In this document: in pieces, positions 32,667-44,816 of the stretch
Layout of the letters: every line of letters starts with the position of its first letter
How positions within the stretch are numbered: position 1 is the stretch's first letter
NCBI GenBank assembly: GCA_963823555.1
Contig: CAWGMA010000001.1
Span: 832,001-896,000 of the forward strand
Direction: 5' to 3'
DNA from: Candidatus Eiseniibacteriota bacterium
GTDB taxonomy: Bacteria > Eisenbacteria > RBG-16-71-46 > CAVPCR01
DNA length: 64,000 nt
Program-made: the position numbers and the translations under genes
Notes under the pieces: generated by a model
What the model was told of the DNA's origin: nothing
The model's input: the letters and a program-made list of their open reading frames with translations, nothing else
Database searches by the model: none

Positions 32667-34067
32667 TCAATGGATGGCCAGCGAGAGCCCCAGCATGAGA
32701 GCGCGATCGCCGACCAGGTTGGCGCCCCGGGTGTGCAGGGCGGTGTCGATGCCGATCCGCCCCAGGCGCACCCCCCCGCCGCCGCTCCCTTGCAAGCGTC
32801 CTGCCGTGTCGATCAACGCCCCGCCGCGCACCGCATAGCGACCGAAACGGGTCTCAGCGCCCAGGTGGCTCGTGACCCCGTCGATGCCGCGGCGAAGGTC
32901 GGCGGCCACGGTGGTCCGGTCGCCACCCCAGTGCCGGGCCACATTGAACGTGAGTTGCGGGGTGAGGTGGCTGGTGTAGGACTCATCGCGTGCCACGGCG
33001 AGCGTGCGTAGATCGCCGTTGTCATCGACGACCACCTGATCGAGATTGGTTCGCCAGCGAATCCAGCTGGCGAGATCCGTCGCCCCCAGACCGACCTCCC
33101 ACGCCTGTCCGTGGAGGGCGACGAGGCCCAGGTCGAACGCGATCCCCTGCCCGGCCGATCCTCCCGCTCCGGCGACGGAGCTCCGGATCATTCCCGAGAC
33201 GTTGAACTGGGTCGGGTCATCGGGATCGAGGAGTGGTTCCTGGGGGATCACCGTGCCCTCGAGCTCGTTGGCGAAGTAGGCGAAGCCGAGCAGAAAGCGG
33301 GCACCGACGCCGCCGTAGAGACGAAGACCGGGCGGATCTGGATAGGGGAGATCGGGATCGACCACGACCTGCGGTCCGGCAAGCTGTCGAGCCAAGGTGA
33401 CGCCGAACGCGAGGCCGGCCAGGGACTCGCTGTCCTGTTCGAGGCTGTACACGCCGCTGGCGACCACGGGCTCCGCCAGACGTAGGGCGCGGGTCAGATC
33501 CGGAGAGAGCTCGAGGCGCGATTGCGAGATCACGAGCGGCGTCAGGGCGAAGTCGACGGCCGCGATGCGTGTCGAGACCAGATCGGCGGAGAAACGGCCA
33601 CCTGCCGTGACCGGCTCGGTAGGCACGAGATTCCTGGCCGTGCCGAAGTCGAGAATGATCTCGTCCTCGGCCAGCCGCACCGTGATGTCGGCATCCTCGC
33701 CGCTCGGCGGCGAGATGAGCCGGAGATCATCGGGCGGGTTCATGATCAGGCGGTCGGCGATGGCGAGGGCCGAGAAATTGGGGTCGCTCGCATCGAAGAC
33801 GGGCGGATGAGCTGCCAGCTGGGCCAGGCCGAGGGGCAGCGGGATCAACCGCGGGCGATCGGGTAGCGCAGGGACGGCGCGGAAGGCGACATTGGTTCCA
33901 CCACCACCACCCTCGCGCACGAGCACGACATCGCCCATGGCCGAACGTCGGGCGGTCTCGAAGGCGGCATGCGCCTGCGGCACGGCGCACGCCAGCGCGA
34001 AGAGCGCGAACATGGCGAGCGATGGGCAGAGCTTGGCGCTCCTTGAGAGCCGATCGACCACAGCCAA
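32667..34067 (-). CDS. Hypothetical outer-membrane beta-barrel-like protein
   Basis: Signal peptide (..AHA); amphipathic strands such as GQGIAFDLGL, WEVGLGATDL, HLGAE. Start position uncertain. Confidence 0.55.
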   Translation of the reverse strand: MAVVDRLSRSAKLCPSLAMFALFALACAVPQAHAAFETARRSAMGDVVLVREGGGGGTNVAFRAVPALPDRPRLIPLPLGLAQLAAHPPVFDASDPNFSALAIADRLIMNPPDDLRLISPPSGEDADITVRLAEDEIILDFGTARNLVPTEPVTAGGRFSADLVSTRIAAVDFALTPLVISQSRLELSPDLTRALRLAEPVVASGVYSLEQDSESLAGLAFGVTLARQLAGPQVVVDPDLPYPDPPGLRLYGGVGARFLLGFAYFANELEGTVIPQEPLLDPDDPTQFNVSGMIRSSVAGAGGSAGQGIAFDLGLVALHGQAWEVGLGATDLASWIRWRTNLDQVVVDDNGDLRTLAVARDESYTSHLTPQLTFNVARHWGGDRTTVAADLRRGIDGVTSHLGAETRFGRYAVRGGALIDTAGRLQGSGGGGVRLGRIGIDTALHTRGANLVGDRALMLGLSLAIH

Positions 34068-34342
34068 CCCTCCGAGATCCTGCCGATGAGAAGCGTGATG
34101 AGCGGCGGGCGTCGGTGGCCGGCTGTCACCACCTGCAACCGGTTACCGCCCGCACCGAATGCGGCAAGAGCTGTGCCACGGATGGCGGAGAGGCCGGCGG
34201 GCAACTGTCGTTCCCACAGCGGTCTCGGGGTGGCCAGGGGCACCGAGCGGGGGGGGGAGAGCCTGGCCGTTGCATACGGCAACGGGGCCATGCATGCGGC
34301 ACGCTCTCCTCGGCCCCTGGAAAGCAGCGGTGGGGGTGGGGA

Positions 34343-34371
34343 TTGACCGACAGGGGCTTGCTTCCTATACT
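34343..34371 (+). promoter_or_regulatory. Putative sigma70 promoter
   Basis: TTGACC-N17-TATACT upstream of the PTS IIA gene. Confidence 0.6.
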
Positions 34372-34386
34372 CCGGGCCCCATCACA

Positions 34387-34893
34387 ATGGAGGCGTCGCT
34401 CTTGGGTGAGGAGAAGACCGCACCGATGCCGGCTGCCGGACTTGCTTCCTATTGTCACGAGAGTCTCTTTGTCCCTGAACTCAAGACCCGGGGCAAGGAT
34501 GAAGCTCTGGTCGAGATGGTGGACCATCTCGTGGCGAGCGGGCGGGTGAAGGCCCGCGAGGTGATCCTCAACACGGTTCGTGAGCGCGAGCGCATCTGGC
34601 CCACGGCCATCGGCCGTGGGGTGGCCGTGCCTCATGGTCGCTCGCTCGTCGTCCCCGAGCTCTCCATCCTGTTCGCTCGTTCTCGCCCCGGGATCGATTT
34701 CGGCGCCGAGGATGGTGAGCCCGTCAAGCTCATCTTCCTCATCCTGGCGCCCTACCAGGACAAGGAAAACCGCTACCTTCCGGCCCTGGGCAAGATCGTG
34801 GAGCTGGTGGCCAGCGAGTCCACCCGCCGCCGGTTGCTCGAGCTCAAGACCTTCGATGAGTTCCTGAGCGTGGTCGGGGGAGGAGCCTCATGA
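34387..34893 (+). CDS. PTS system IIA component (PtsN/fructose-mannitol type)
   Basis: RERIWPTAIGRGVAVPHGR (phospho-His), GIDFGAEDGEPVKLIFLILAP; start may be 34426. Confidence 0.88.
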   Translation: MEASLLGEEKTAPMPAAGLASYCHESLFVPELKTRGKDEALVEMVDHLVASGRVKAREVILNTVRERERIWPTAIGRGVAVPHGRSLVVPELSILFARSRPGIDFGAEDGEPVKLIFLILAPYQDKENRYLPALGKIVELVASESTRRRLLELKTFDEFLSVVGGGAS

Positions 34894-35240
34894 ACGGTCA
34901 GCTGATGCTGCTCATCGCGCTCCAGGATGTCGATGAGATGCTCGGCGAGGCTCGCGATCCCGAAAAGCTGCAGGCGATGAAGAAGCTCGGCTTCGAGGTG
35001 AAGAACATCGACGCCCTGGTGAACTCGCGCAGGAAGCTCGCCGACCAGATCAGCAAGCGCAACCTCACGCTCTACGAGCGGGTCCGGATCCGTTATGGAC
35101 GCGCCGTGGTTCCGGTTGAAGGGCAGATCTGTCTCGGCTGCTTCATGAATCTGCCGACCAAGAACATCGGGACGGACTCGGCCCAGTCCGACCGCATCGA
35201 GACCTGCGAGAACTGCGGTCGCATCCTCTACTGGTTGTGA
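34890..35240 (+). CDS. Short C4-type zinc ribbon (DUF164-like) protein
   Basis: LIALQDVD, YERVR, CLGCFMNLP, CENCGRILYW; ATGA overlap with the IIA gene. Confidence 0.82.
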   Translation: MNGQLMLLIALQDVDEMLGEARDPEKLQAMKKLGFEVKNIDALVNSRRKLADQISKRNLTLYERVRIRYGRAVVPVEGQICLGCFMNLPTKNIGTDSAQSDRIETCENCGRILYWL

Positions 35241-35329
35241 TGCGATCGTTGCGCTCATCCAGCGTGAGAAGCACGGCGGCCCGAGTCGGAGATCCCGGCT
35301 CGGGCCGCACGCATGTTCGATGGAAGTGA

Positions 35330-36631
35330 CTACCGCATGTGGGAGATGATCGCGTCGCCGAAGGCGCTGGTCGGGACCTCGCGCGCACCTTCCATGAGTC
35401 GAGCGAAATCGTAGGTCACCGAGCGGCTGGCAATCGCGCCATCCATGCCGCGGATGACGAGATCCGCAGCCTCGGTCCAGCCGAGGTAACGCAGCATCAT
35501 CTCGCCGGAGAGGATGACTGAACCGGGGTTCACCTTGTCGAGGTTGGCGTACTTGGGAGCCGTGCCGTGCGTGGCCTCGAACACGGCGTGGCCGGTGTCG
35601 TAGTTGATGTTGCCGCCGGGGGCGATGCCGATACCTCCAACCTGCGCCGCCAGGGCGTCCGACAGATAGTCGCCATTCAGGTTGAGTGTGGCGATGACGT
35701 CGAACTCATCGGGTCGGGTGAGCACCTGCTGCAGGGTGATGTCGGCGATGGCGTCCTTGACCACGATCTTCCCGGCCTCGCGCGCCGCCTTGTCCTCGGC
35801 GGCAGCGGCATCGGCCCCGCGCTCCGCCTTGACCCGGTCGGACCGCTGCCAGCTCCAGGTATCGGCGGGAAACTCGCGGTCGGCGAGATCGTAGCCCCAG
35901 CCACGGAAGCCGCCCTCGGTGAACTTCATGATGTTGCCCTTGTGGACGAACGTCACGCTCTTCCGCTTGTTCTGGATCGCGTAGCGGATGGCGGCGCGCA
36001 CCAACCGCTCCGTGCCCTCCCTGGACACCGGCTTGATCCCGATCGCCGTCGTCTCCGGGAAGCGGATCTTCTTGTAGAGCGCGGGGAAGGTCTCGCGCAT
36101 GAAGGCGAGGACCTTCTTCACATCCTCCGACTCGCTCTCGAACTCGATCCCGGCATAGATATCCTCGGTGTTCTCGCGGAAGATCACCATGTCCACCTTC
36201 TCCGGATGGAGCACCGGGGACGGGATTCCCTTGAACCAGCGCACCGGGCGCAGGCAGACATAGAGATCCAGCATCTGGCGGAGGGCGACATTGAGCGACC
36301 GGATGCCGCCCCCGACCGGAGTCGTGAGCGGGCCCTTGATGCCGACCAGGAACTCCCGGAACGCCTCCACGGTCTCGTCGGGCAACCAGGTCGAGGACTT
36401 GTCGAATGACTTCTGGCCGGCGTAGACCTCCATCCACTGGATCTGACGCCGGCTGCCATAGGCGCGCTCCACGGCCGCGTTGATGACGCGGACGCTGGCC
36501 CGCCAGATGTCGGGCCCGGTGCCGTCACCCTCGATGAAGGGGATGATCGGCTTGTCGGGTACCTGGAGCTTCTTGTCTTGGATCAGGATCTTGTCGCCGG
36601 ACTTCGGTACGTTGAGCGTGTTTGTTTCCAT
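35330..36631 (-). CDS. icd: Isocitrate dehydrogenase (NADP-dependent type)
   Basis: [69 protein letters not shown]. Confidence 0.97.
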   Translation of the reverse strand: METNTLNVPKSGDKILIQDKKLQVPDKPIIPFIEGDGTGPDIWRASVRVINAAVERAYGSRRQIQWMEVYAGQKSFDKSSTWLPDETVEAFREFLVGIKGPLTTPVGGGIRSLNVALRQMLDLYVCLRPVRWFKGIPSPVLHPEKVDMVIFRENTEDIYAGIEFESESEDVKKVLAFMRETFPALYKKIRFPETTAIGIKPVSREGTERLVRAAIRYAIQNKRKSVTFVHKGNIMKFTEGGFRGWGYDLADREFPADTWSWQRSDRVKAERGADAAAAEDKAAREAGKIVVKDAIADITLQQVLTRPDEFDVIATLNLNGDYLSDALAAQVGGIGIAPGGNINYDTGHAVFEATHGTAPKYANLDKVNPGSVILSGEMMLRYLGWTEAADLVIRGMDGAIASRSVTYDFARLMEGAREVPTSAFGDAIISHMR

Positions 36632-36730
36632 CGTCGTCCCTCCGTGGGCGACGATTCTAGGCGATGGCGCTCTGGGCGGCAACGGGGAGTGGTGGACCTC
36701 GGGAATCCGGCCGCGGCGGCGGCCGCCGCC

Positions 36731-37627
36731 TCACGCGGCTCGGCGCTCCGCCTCCCGGATCTCCGCGTCGAGCACCGCCAGGGGCACGAGATCGGCGACG
36801 AGGTTCAGGAGGGGAACCTGGCGCCCGTCACCCAGGGGACCGCGCACAGCCACGTATCCCCGGCCTCGATCCACGTCGTTGTACAGGCCCGGCGCCTCGT
36901 GGGCGAACAGCATCCGCGCTCGTTCGATCGCCAGGCGGAGCAGCGGGGCGGGGCCGGCCAGCACGAACCGCGAGTAACTCATATCGCCGGCATGACCGAG
37001 CGCGATCGGGACCGGGATGTCACCCTCGACGGCGGCTCCGGCCAGCGCCTGGCGCAGGCAGGTGGCGGCCACGCGCAGGGCCTCGGCCGAGCGCAGATCT
37101 CCGTACTTCTGCCGGTGAATGAGGGCTGATTCCGGCTCGAACTCGATCACGGCGACCATGGCGGGCACCCGTGCCCGCTCGAACTCCCGGGCGCGGTGGA
37201 GCACGCTCGAGAGATCGGGCAGCTTCGTGATCGGGTTCCGCTCTTCCCCGCGCAGGCGCGACTCGACCAGTCCAGACACGGTGGCGATGAGGGCATTCGG
37301 GTCGAAGGGTTTCGTCAGATACTCGTCGGCGCCCGCATCGAGGCCCCAGTGGCGATCAGCGTCAGTGCTCCGCGCGGTGAGGAGGATGAGCGGGAGGGTC
37401 TTGCTCTCGTCGCGGGTCCGTAGCTCGCGGCAGACCTCGAAGCCGTTCCGGCCGGGCATGCCGACATCCAGCACGACCGCATCGGCGGGGTCGTCGGCGA
37501 GCGCGCGCAGGGCCTCCTCGCCATCTGCGACCGCGGTGACCCGGTACCCGGCGGCGCGAAAGGTCTCGGCGATCACGAGATTGAGACTCGGATCGTCGTC
37601 GGCGATGAGGACATGAGTCTTGACCAT
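36731..37627 (-). CDS. Response regulator with degenerate GGDEF-like output domain
   Basis: VLIADDD, VLDVGMP (phospho-Asp), LTKPF; NPITKLP, KYG and LGHAGD are remnants of the diguanylate cyclase fold. Confidence 0.8.
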   Translation of the reverse strand: MVKTHVLIADDDPSLNLVIAETFRAAGYRVTAVADGEEALRALADDPADAVVLDVGMPGRNGFEVCRELRTRDESKTLPLILLTARSTDADRHWGLDAGADEYLTKPFDPNALIATVSGLVESRLRGEERNPITKLPDLSSVLHRAREFERARVPAMVAVIEFEPESALIHRQKYGDLRSAEALRVAATCLRQALAGAAVEGDIPVPIALGHAGDMSYSRFVLAGPAPLLRLAIERARMLFAHEAPGLYNDVDRGRGYVAVRGPLGDGRQVPLLNLVADLVPLAVLDAEIREAERRAA

Positions 37628-37670
37628 CTTCTCTCCCGCGCCGGCCAGATCCCCGCCGGCGCTCGATATC

Positions 37671-40232
<2,562 letters not shown>

Positions 40233-40508
40233 CCCGCCTCCGCGGCCAGGCCGGGCACCCCAGGCGACGCCGATCGGCGAGCGCCAAAATGCGCCGACAC
40301 GTTGCATCCTGCACGGTCCGCAGGCGGCCGCATTCCCGTCGGCCGCTCCGCGGACGTGCTAACGTATGCCGGCGATGGAAGCTACGACGGCGCGCCGGCG
40401 CTCGCCGGGGGCACGCGTCGTGACAGGGCGAGAAACGTGCCAGAGCGCCTGCCCGCCCCGGGACGGGCTCGGGCGTTTTCCGGGGTGTTGAGAGGGAGGC
40501 CAGGCGCC

Positions 40509-41597
40509 TTGGGCATCGGGAAGGTCTGCGAGCATGGGCTCAAGCGATGCAGCGTCGCTCTGGTCCGGAGCTTCCTCGGTCCGGCGCTGCGCCCGGCAGC
40601 GGACTGCCGGCTCGAATCTCTGGAGCGTGTGCTCGTCGTGCGCCAGGATCGCCGGCTCGGGAACCTGGTGCTCATCACTCCGCTGCTCCAGGGCCTTCGC
40701 CGCGTGGCGCCGCATGCCGAGATCACCGTGGTGGCCCCGCATCGCTTCGCCCCGGTGCTGGACGGCCATCCGGCTGTCGATCGCATCATCGCGATCGATC
40801 ACCGGCGGTTCTTCTCCCATCCTTGGGACATTGCGTCATGGAGCAGCGAACTGCGGATGGTGAGGCCACAGCTCGCCATTGATGCATCACCGCATCATGC
40901 CACCAGCTTCCTGAACGGGGCGATCACCCGGCTCTCGGGGGCGGAGGTCCGCCTCGGCTTTGATCGGCCGGACGCCGATGCCTTTCTCACTGAACTCGTC
41001 CCGATCCCGGCCGGAGCCGCCGTCCTGCACGAATCGATGTCCTTGCACGACCTGCTGCGTGCACTCCAGCCGGACCTGCCCCCCGCGCCCCGGCCGATGG
41101 TCGTGGCCCCGGCCGGATCGGCTGCGGTCGCCGCCCGCACCTATCAGCGAATGGGGATTCCTGCGGGCAGCACGATCGTGGGGCTCCACCCCGGAGGACG
41201 GAGGCAGAAGCGCTGGGCGATCGAACGTTTCGCTGCCGTTGCCAGCGAGCTCGCCCGGCGGGGGCTCGAGGTCGTTGTCTTCTCCGGTCCCGCCGAAAGA
41301 CCGCTCCTGCCGCTGATGCCTCCGCCCGGGCCTCATCTCATCTACGCTCCGCCGACAGACGTGCGCGGACTCGCCACCTTTCTGAGCGGGCTCTCGGTCT
41401 TCGTCTCGGGTGACATGGGACCGATGCACCTGGCCTCGGCCCTTGGCATTCCATGCGTGACCGTGTTCCGGATCGGGGACGTGGCGCGCTACCGGCCCCT
41501 CGGGCCCCGGGACCGGGTGCTGGATGGCTCGTTGAGAGAGATCACTCCCGCTGACGTGATCGCCGCGGTGGAAGAGGTCGGCGCGCCTGCTACTTGA
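40509..41597 (+). CDS. Glycosyltransferase family 9 (heptosyltransferase-like)
   Basis: RLGNLVLITP, GLHPGG..KRW..ERF, SGDMGPMHLA; TTG start after GGGAGG. Confidence 0.88.
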   Translation: MGIGKVCEHGLKRCSVALVRSFLGPALRPAADCRLESLERVLVVRQDRRLGNLVLITPLLQGLRRVAPHAEITVVAPHRFAPVLDGHPAVDRIIAIDHRRFFSHPWDIASWSSELRMVRPQLAIDASPHHATSFLNGAITRLSGAEVRLGFDRPDADAFLTELVPIPAGAAVLHESMSLHDLLRALQPDLPPAPRPMVVAPAGSAAVAARTYQRMGIPAGSTIVGLHPGGRRQKRWAIERFAAVASELARRGLEVVVFSGPAERPLLPLMPPPGPHLIYAPPTDVRGLATFLSGLSVFVSGDMGPMHLASALGIPCVTVFRIGDVARYRPLGPRDRVLDGSLREITPADVIAAVEEVGAPAT

Positions 41598-43344
41598 TCT
41601 GGGTGACCGAGATTCCCCAGAGATGAGGCTGGTCAGGTGGCCAGGCGTTCCAGTCGCCGAAAGCGTGCGAATCGTCGGTGACGTAATGGAGCTCGTAGGC
41701 TCCGGGGTCGAGCTCGATCTCCTCGGTGGCGCGGCGGTTCTTCTCATCGCCGCCGGCAGGGGTCGTTCGCTCGTAGCGCATGCGCCAGACATATTCGCCG
41801 GTGCCATCGTCGGTGCGCTCGAGCCAGCCATAGTCGAACATCTGGCCGTGCAGGCCTTCGCCGACCGCGATGATGCGCACGCGGGTCTTCTTCTTGATCG
41901 TGAATTTTTCGACGGCGTCGCTCGAGTCCCGGATCTGAATGAGCTGACCCAGGATCAGTGGATCTTGCTCCGAGTTGTATCGCTCGACGGACTTGGCTTC
42001 GAAGCTGTCCCCGGCGCCCCAGACCTGGATGCCCCAGCCTTCCGGATCCCGGGGGGGAGTGGCGTTCCACGATCCGAAGGCGTGAGAGCCGTCGGTGATG
42101 TTGTAGACGAGGTAGTCACCCACAGGGAGGGATAGCTCGGCCCGAGCCTCGCGGTTCTTGCTCGCTCCTCCAGCCGGCTCGGTCTCGCCGTAGCTCATCG
42201 ACCACAGCAGGCGGTGGGTGCGAGCCTCCTCGATCCAGCCGCGGTCGACAAATCGTTTGTCGGCGGCTTCCCCGATGGCGTAGATGCGCACCGTGATCGG
42301 ACGCTTCACGCGCAGGCCACCCATGGCGAACTCGTCATTGCGTTGCCGCGATAGATCGACGATGCGGTTCCTCATGATCGGGTCCTCGACGCCTGCGGTG
42401 AAGTGAGCGCGGGCTCCGCGGAAGTCGAAGATGGCTGCACCCCAGAAGTCAGGATCGAGCGGGGGATTCATGTTCCAGTCGCCGGGGCCGTGCGAGTCGT
42501 CACTCGAGTAGCAGAGGATATAGACCCCCGGCTCGAGCGCCACCGTATCGCGGAACATGCGGTTCTTCTCGGCGCCGCCGGCATAGCGCGTGTTGTCCTC
42601 GGTCATCTTCCACACGATGTCCCGATCGCTCCCGCGCTCAATCCAGGCCCCATCGGCGAGCGTCCGGTTCATCTTGTCGTACTCGCCGATCGCATAGACC
42701 ACCACACTGGACGCGGCATCGAGGCGGAAGGGGAGGCGCTGCGACTCGCTTCGCTTCACTTCCCCGGTGCGAAGCAGGGGGCTGAAGCTCGGTCGATGCC
42801 GGTCGCCGGCGGATATCGCGTTCTTGTCCTTGTCCTCGACGGTCAGCGTGAGCCGCCAGTCATCGGGGCGGGGAGCGGCAATCTGGCGCACCGAGGTCTT
42901 CTTGCCCACGTTGAGGCCGAACCAGGTTGAGATCTTGACCCGGCGAGCGTCACCGACCGTGGTGAAATAGACCTCGTACGACCCGGGTTCGAGCTGGACC
43001 GTCCCCTCCTGCTTGACGCGAACCGTGCCTTCCTTGCTGTTCGGCTTGGCATCCTTCTTGGCCTTGTCGGCCTCGAGGATCCAGACCGCCTTTCGCGTTT
43101 CCGAATCGACAATCCACGGATAGGCGATGAGTTCGTTCTCGCGGGCTCCGATCGTGGCCACGGCCTTGATCTGGAGGGCCACCGGTCGCTCGACCTTGAG
43201 GTATCCCACCCTGAGCTTGCCAGGCTCCATGTCCCGCCAGTCGAGTAGCTCGGTCTTGGCCCAGCAGAGGGCGGGAATCGCCAGGACGATGGCCGCCATG
43301 ACCGGGACGGTGAGTGGTCGGGTCTTCATCTTCATTGTGCCCAT
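41590..43344 (-). CDS. Secreted hypothetical protein with four tandem ~135-aa repeats
   Basis: Signal peptide; repeats containing A(I/V)GE..D.(G/A)W(I/L)E..WxM...AGG..KNR..L.PG.Y...D(D/G)SH...WN..PP..P..WG; the first repeat is degenerate. Confidence 0.75.
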   Translation of the reverse strand: MGTMKMKTRPLTVPVMAAIVLAIPALCWAKTELLDWRDMEPGKLRVGYLKVERPVALQIKAVATIGARENELIAYPWIVDSETRKAVWILEADKAKKDAKPNSKEGTVRVKQEGTVQLEPGSYEVYFTTVGDARRVKISTWFGLNVGKKTSVRQIAAPRPDDWRLTLTVEDKDKNAISAGDRHRPSFSPLLRTGEVKRSESQRLPFRLDAASSVVVYAIGEYDKMNRTLADGAWIERGSDRDIVWKMTEDNTRYAGGAEKNRMFRDTVALEPGVYILCYSSDDSHGPGDWNMNPPLDPDFWGAAIFDFRGARAHFTAGVEDPIMRNRIVDLSRQRNDEFAMGGLRVKRPITVRIYAIGEAADKRFVDRGWIEEARTHRLLWSMSYGETEPAGGASKNREARAELSLPVGDYLVYNITDGSHAFGSWNATPPRDPEGWGIQVWGAGDSFEAKSVERYNSEQDPLILGQLIQIRDSSDAVEKFTIKKKTRVRIIAVGEGLHGQMFDYGWLERTDDGTGEYVWRMRYERTTPAGGDEKNRRATEEIELDPGAYELHYVTDDSHAFGDWNAWPPDQPHLWGISVTQIK

Positions 43345-43495
43345 GGCCTTGGCTCCGGTGAATGCCCGGGGTGCTCCCGGTGGACCGGGTCGCCGAAACG
43401 GCCTCTTCAAACCTGAGAATACGACGTAACCGGTTGCCGCCGGGTTTCCTGCCAAGATGCCCCGCCGGGCGGCCGGAGGGAGGATCGGGTCGCGC

Positions 43496-44629
43496 TCACT
43501 GCCGGCGGCTGCCCTGGTGCGAGCGGGTCACGAGCGGCACGGCAGGCGTGATCCATCCGCCATGAGCATGGGCCCGCGTCACGGCGTCCATGATGGCCTG
43601 GGCCCTGAGGCCGGCCCTGAGATCGGGATCCCCCGGCTGAGGTTTGCCGTCGATGGCGCGTACCAGGGCATCGGCGACCTGGACAAATGGGGCCAGCCGG
43701 CCATCCGGATACTCCCGCGGGAGGCTCAGTTCCTCCGGGATTTCGGCTTCCTCGAGGGTGGGATCGCCGGCGCGGCCGGCGAGGAGGAGCGCCCCATGAA
43801 TGTAATCGGACGGGGATTCCTGGCGGAGCTCCAGCGTGCCGTCATCGCCGTAGGCGGTGATGCGATGTCCGGCCCGGTGCCAGCCCACAGCGCAGACCTC
43901 GACTGCGGCCACGACTCCACTCTTGAAGCGCAGATGCGCGCCGAACGTGTCGTCCGCCGTGACCGGAGCCGTGCTTCGCGAATCGGGCAGCGCGCGCGTG
44001 CGTAGCCCGGTGGCGAGGAAGCCTGTGGCCTCACTGATCTCGCCCAGGAACCACTCCAGGTAGTCGAAGACATGGGACCCGAGCGCGCCGAGGATGCCGC
44101 CTCCGGTCTCCTGCTGACTTGCCCAGCCGAAGCGGCGGCCTTCGGGGTCGGCGAGGATGTCGACGAGCCAGGACACCGACACGTAACGCGGACGCCCGAT
44201 GAACCCCTGCGCTAGCTCCCGCTGCATCAGCATCCAGGCTGGAACGAACCGAAATTCGAAATCGATGATCCCCGGGACCTTGGCGGCTTCGGCCTGGGTC
44301 GTGATCTTCTGCGCTGATTCGAGCGTGTGGGCGAGTGGTTTCTCGATGAGGATGGGTTTGCCCCGGGCGATCGCGGCCAGCGCCATCGCCTCGTGCTGGT
44401 GCGGTGGCGTGGCGATGGTCACGATGTCGACGTCCGGATGGGCGATGAGCTCGCGATAATCACCCGTCGAGAAGGGGATATCGAACGCCTCGGCCACCTC
44501 GGCCGCCCGCTCGGCGTGCTGTGCGGCCACCGCAACGACCTTGGTGCGGCGGTGCTCCTGGAATCCGGGTATGTGGATCTTCTGTCCGAAGCCGATTCCG
44601 ATGACGCCGACGCCGAGCTTTTCGGCCAC
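43496..44629 (-). CDS. Gfo/Idh/MocA family oxidoreductase
   Basis: GVIGIGFG, IATPPHQH, EKP, GGGILGALGSHVFD; AGGAGG RBS before GTG. Confidence 0.92.
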   Translation of the reverse strand: MAEKLGVGVIGIGFGQKIHIPGFQEHRRTKVVAVAAQHAERAAEVAEAFDIPFSTGDYRELIAHPDVDIVTIATPPHQHEAMALAAIARGKPILIEKPLAHTLESAQKITTQAEAAKVPGIIDFEFRFVPAWMLMQRELAQGFIGRPRYVSVSWLVDILADPEGRRFGWASQQETGGGILGALGSHVFDYLEWFLGEISEATGFLATGLRTRALPDSRSTAPVTADDTFGAHLRFKSGVVAAVEVCAVGWHRAGHRITAYGDDGTLELRQESPSDYIHGALLLAGRAGDPTLEEAEIPEELSLPREYPDGRLAPFVQVADALVRAIDGKPQPGDPDLRAGLRAQAIMDAVTRAHAHGGWITPAVPLVTRSHQGSRRQ

Positions 44630-44816
44630 GGAACCTCCTTGCCCGCTATGGGCGGGCCGATCGGGGCGACCGGCCGGTTGCTCGCGGGATTATGGCTGGG
44701 CGGGCCACAGCTCTCAAGGCGCTATCCCCCTCATGGACGTGGGTCCCGCGAAGCCCGCCGAGTCGCTTCCTCCTTCCAGCCGTCACCCGTCTGAACGGCG
44801 GAACGCTATGCCATCG

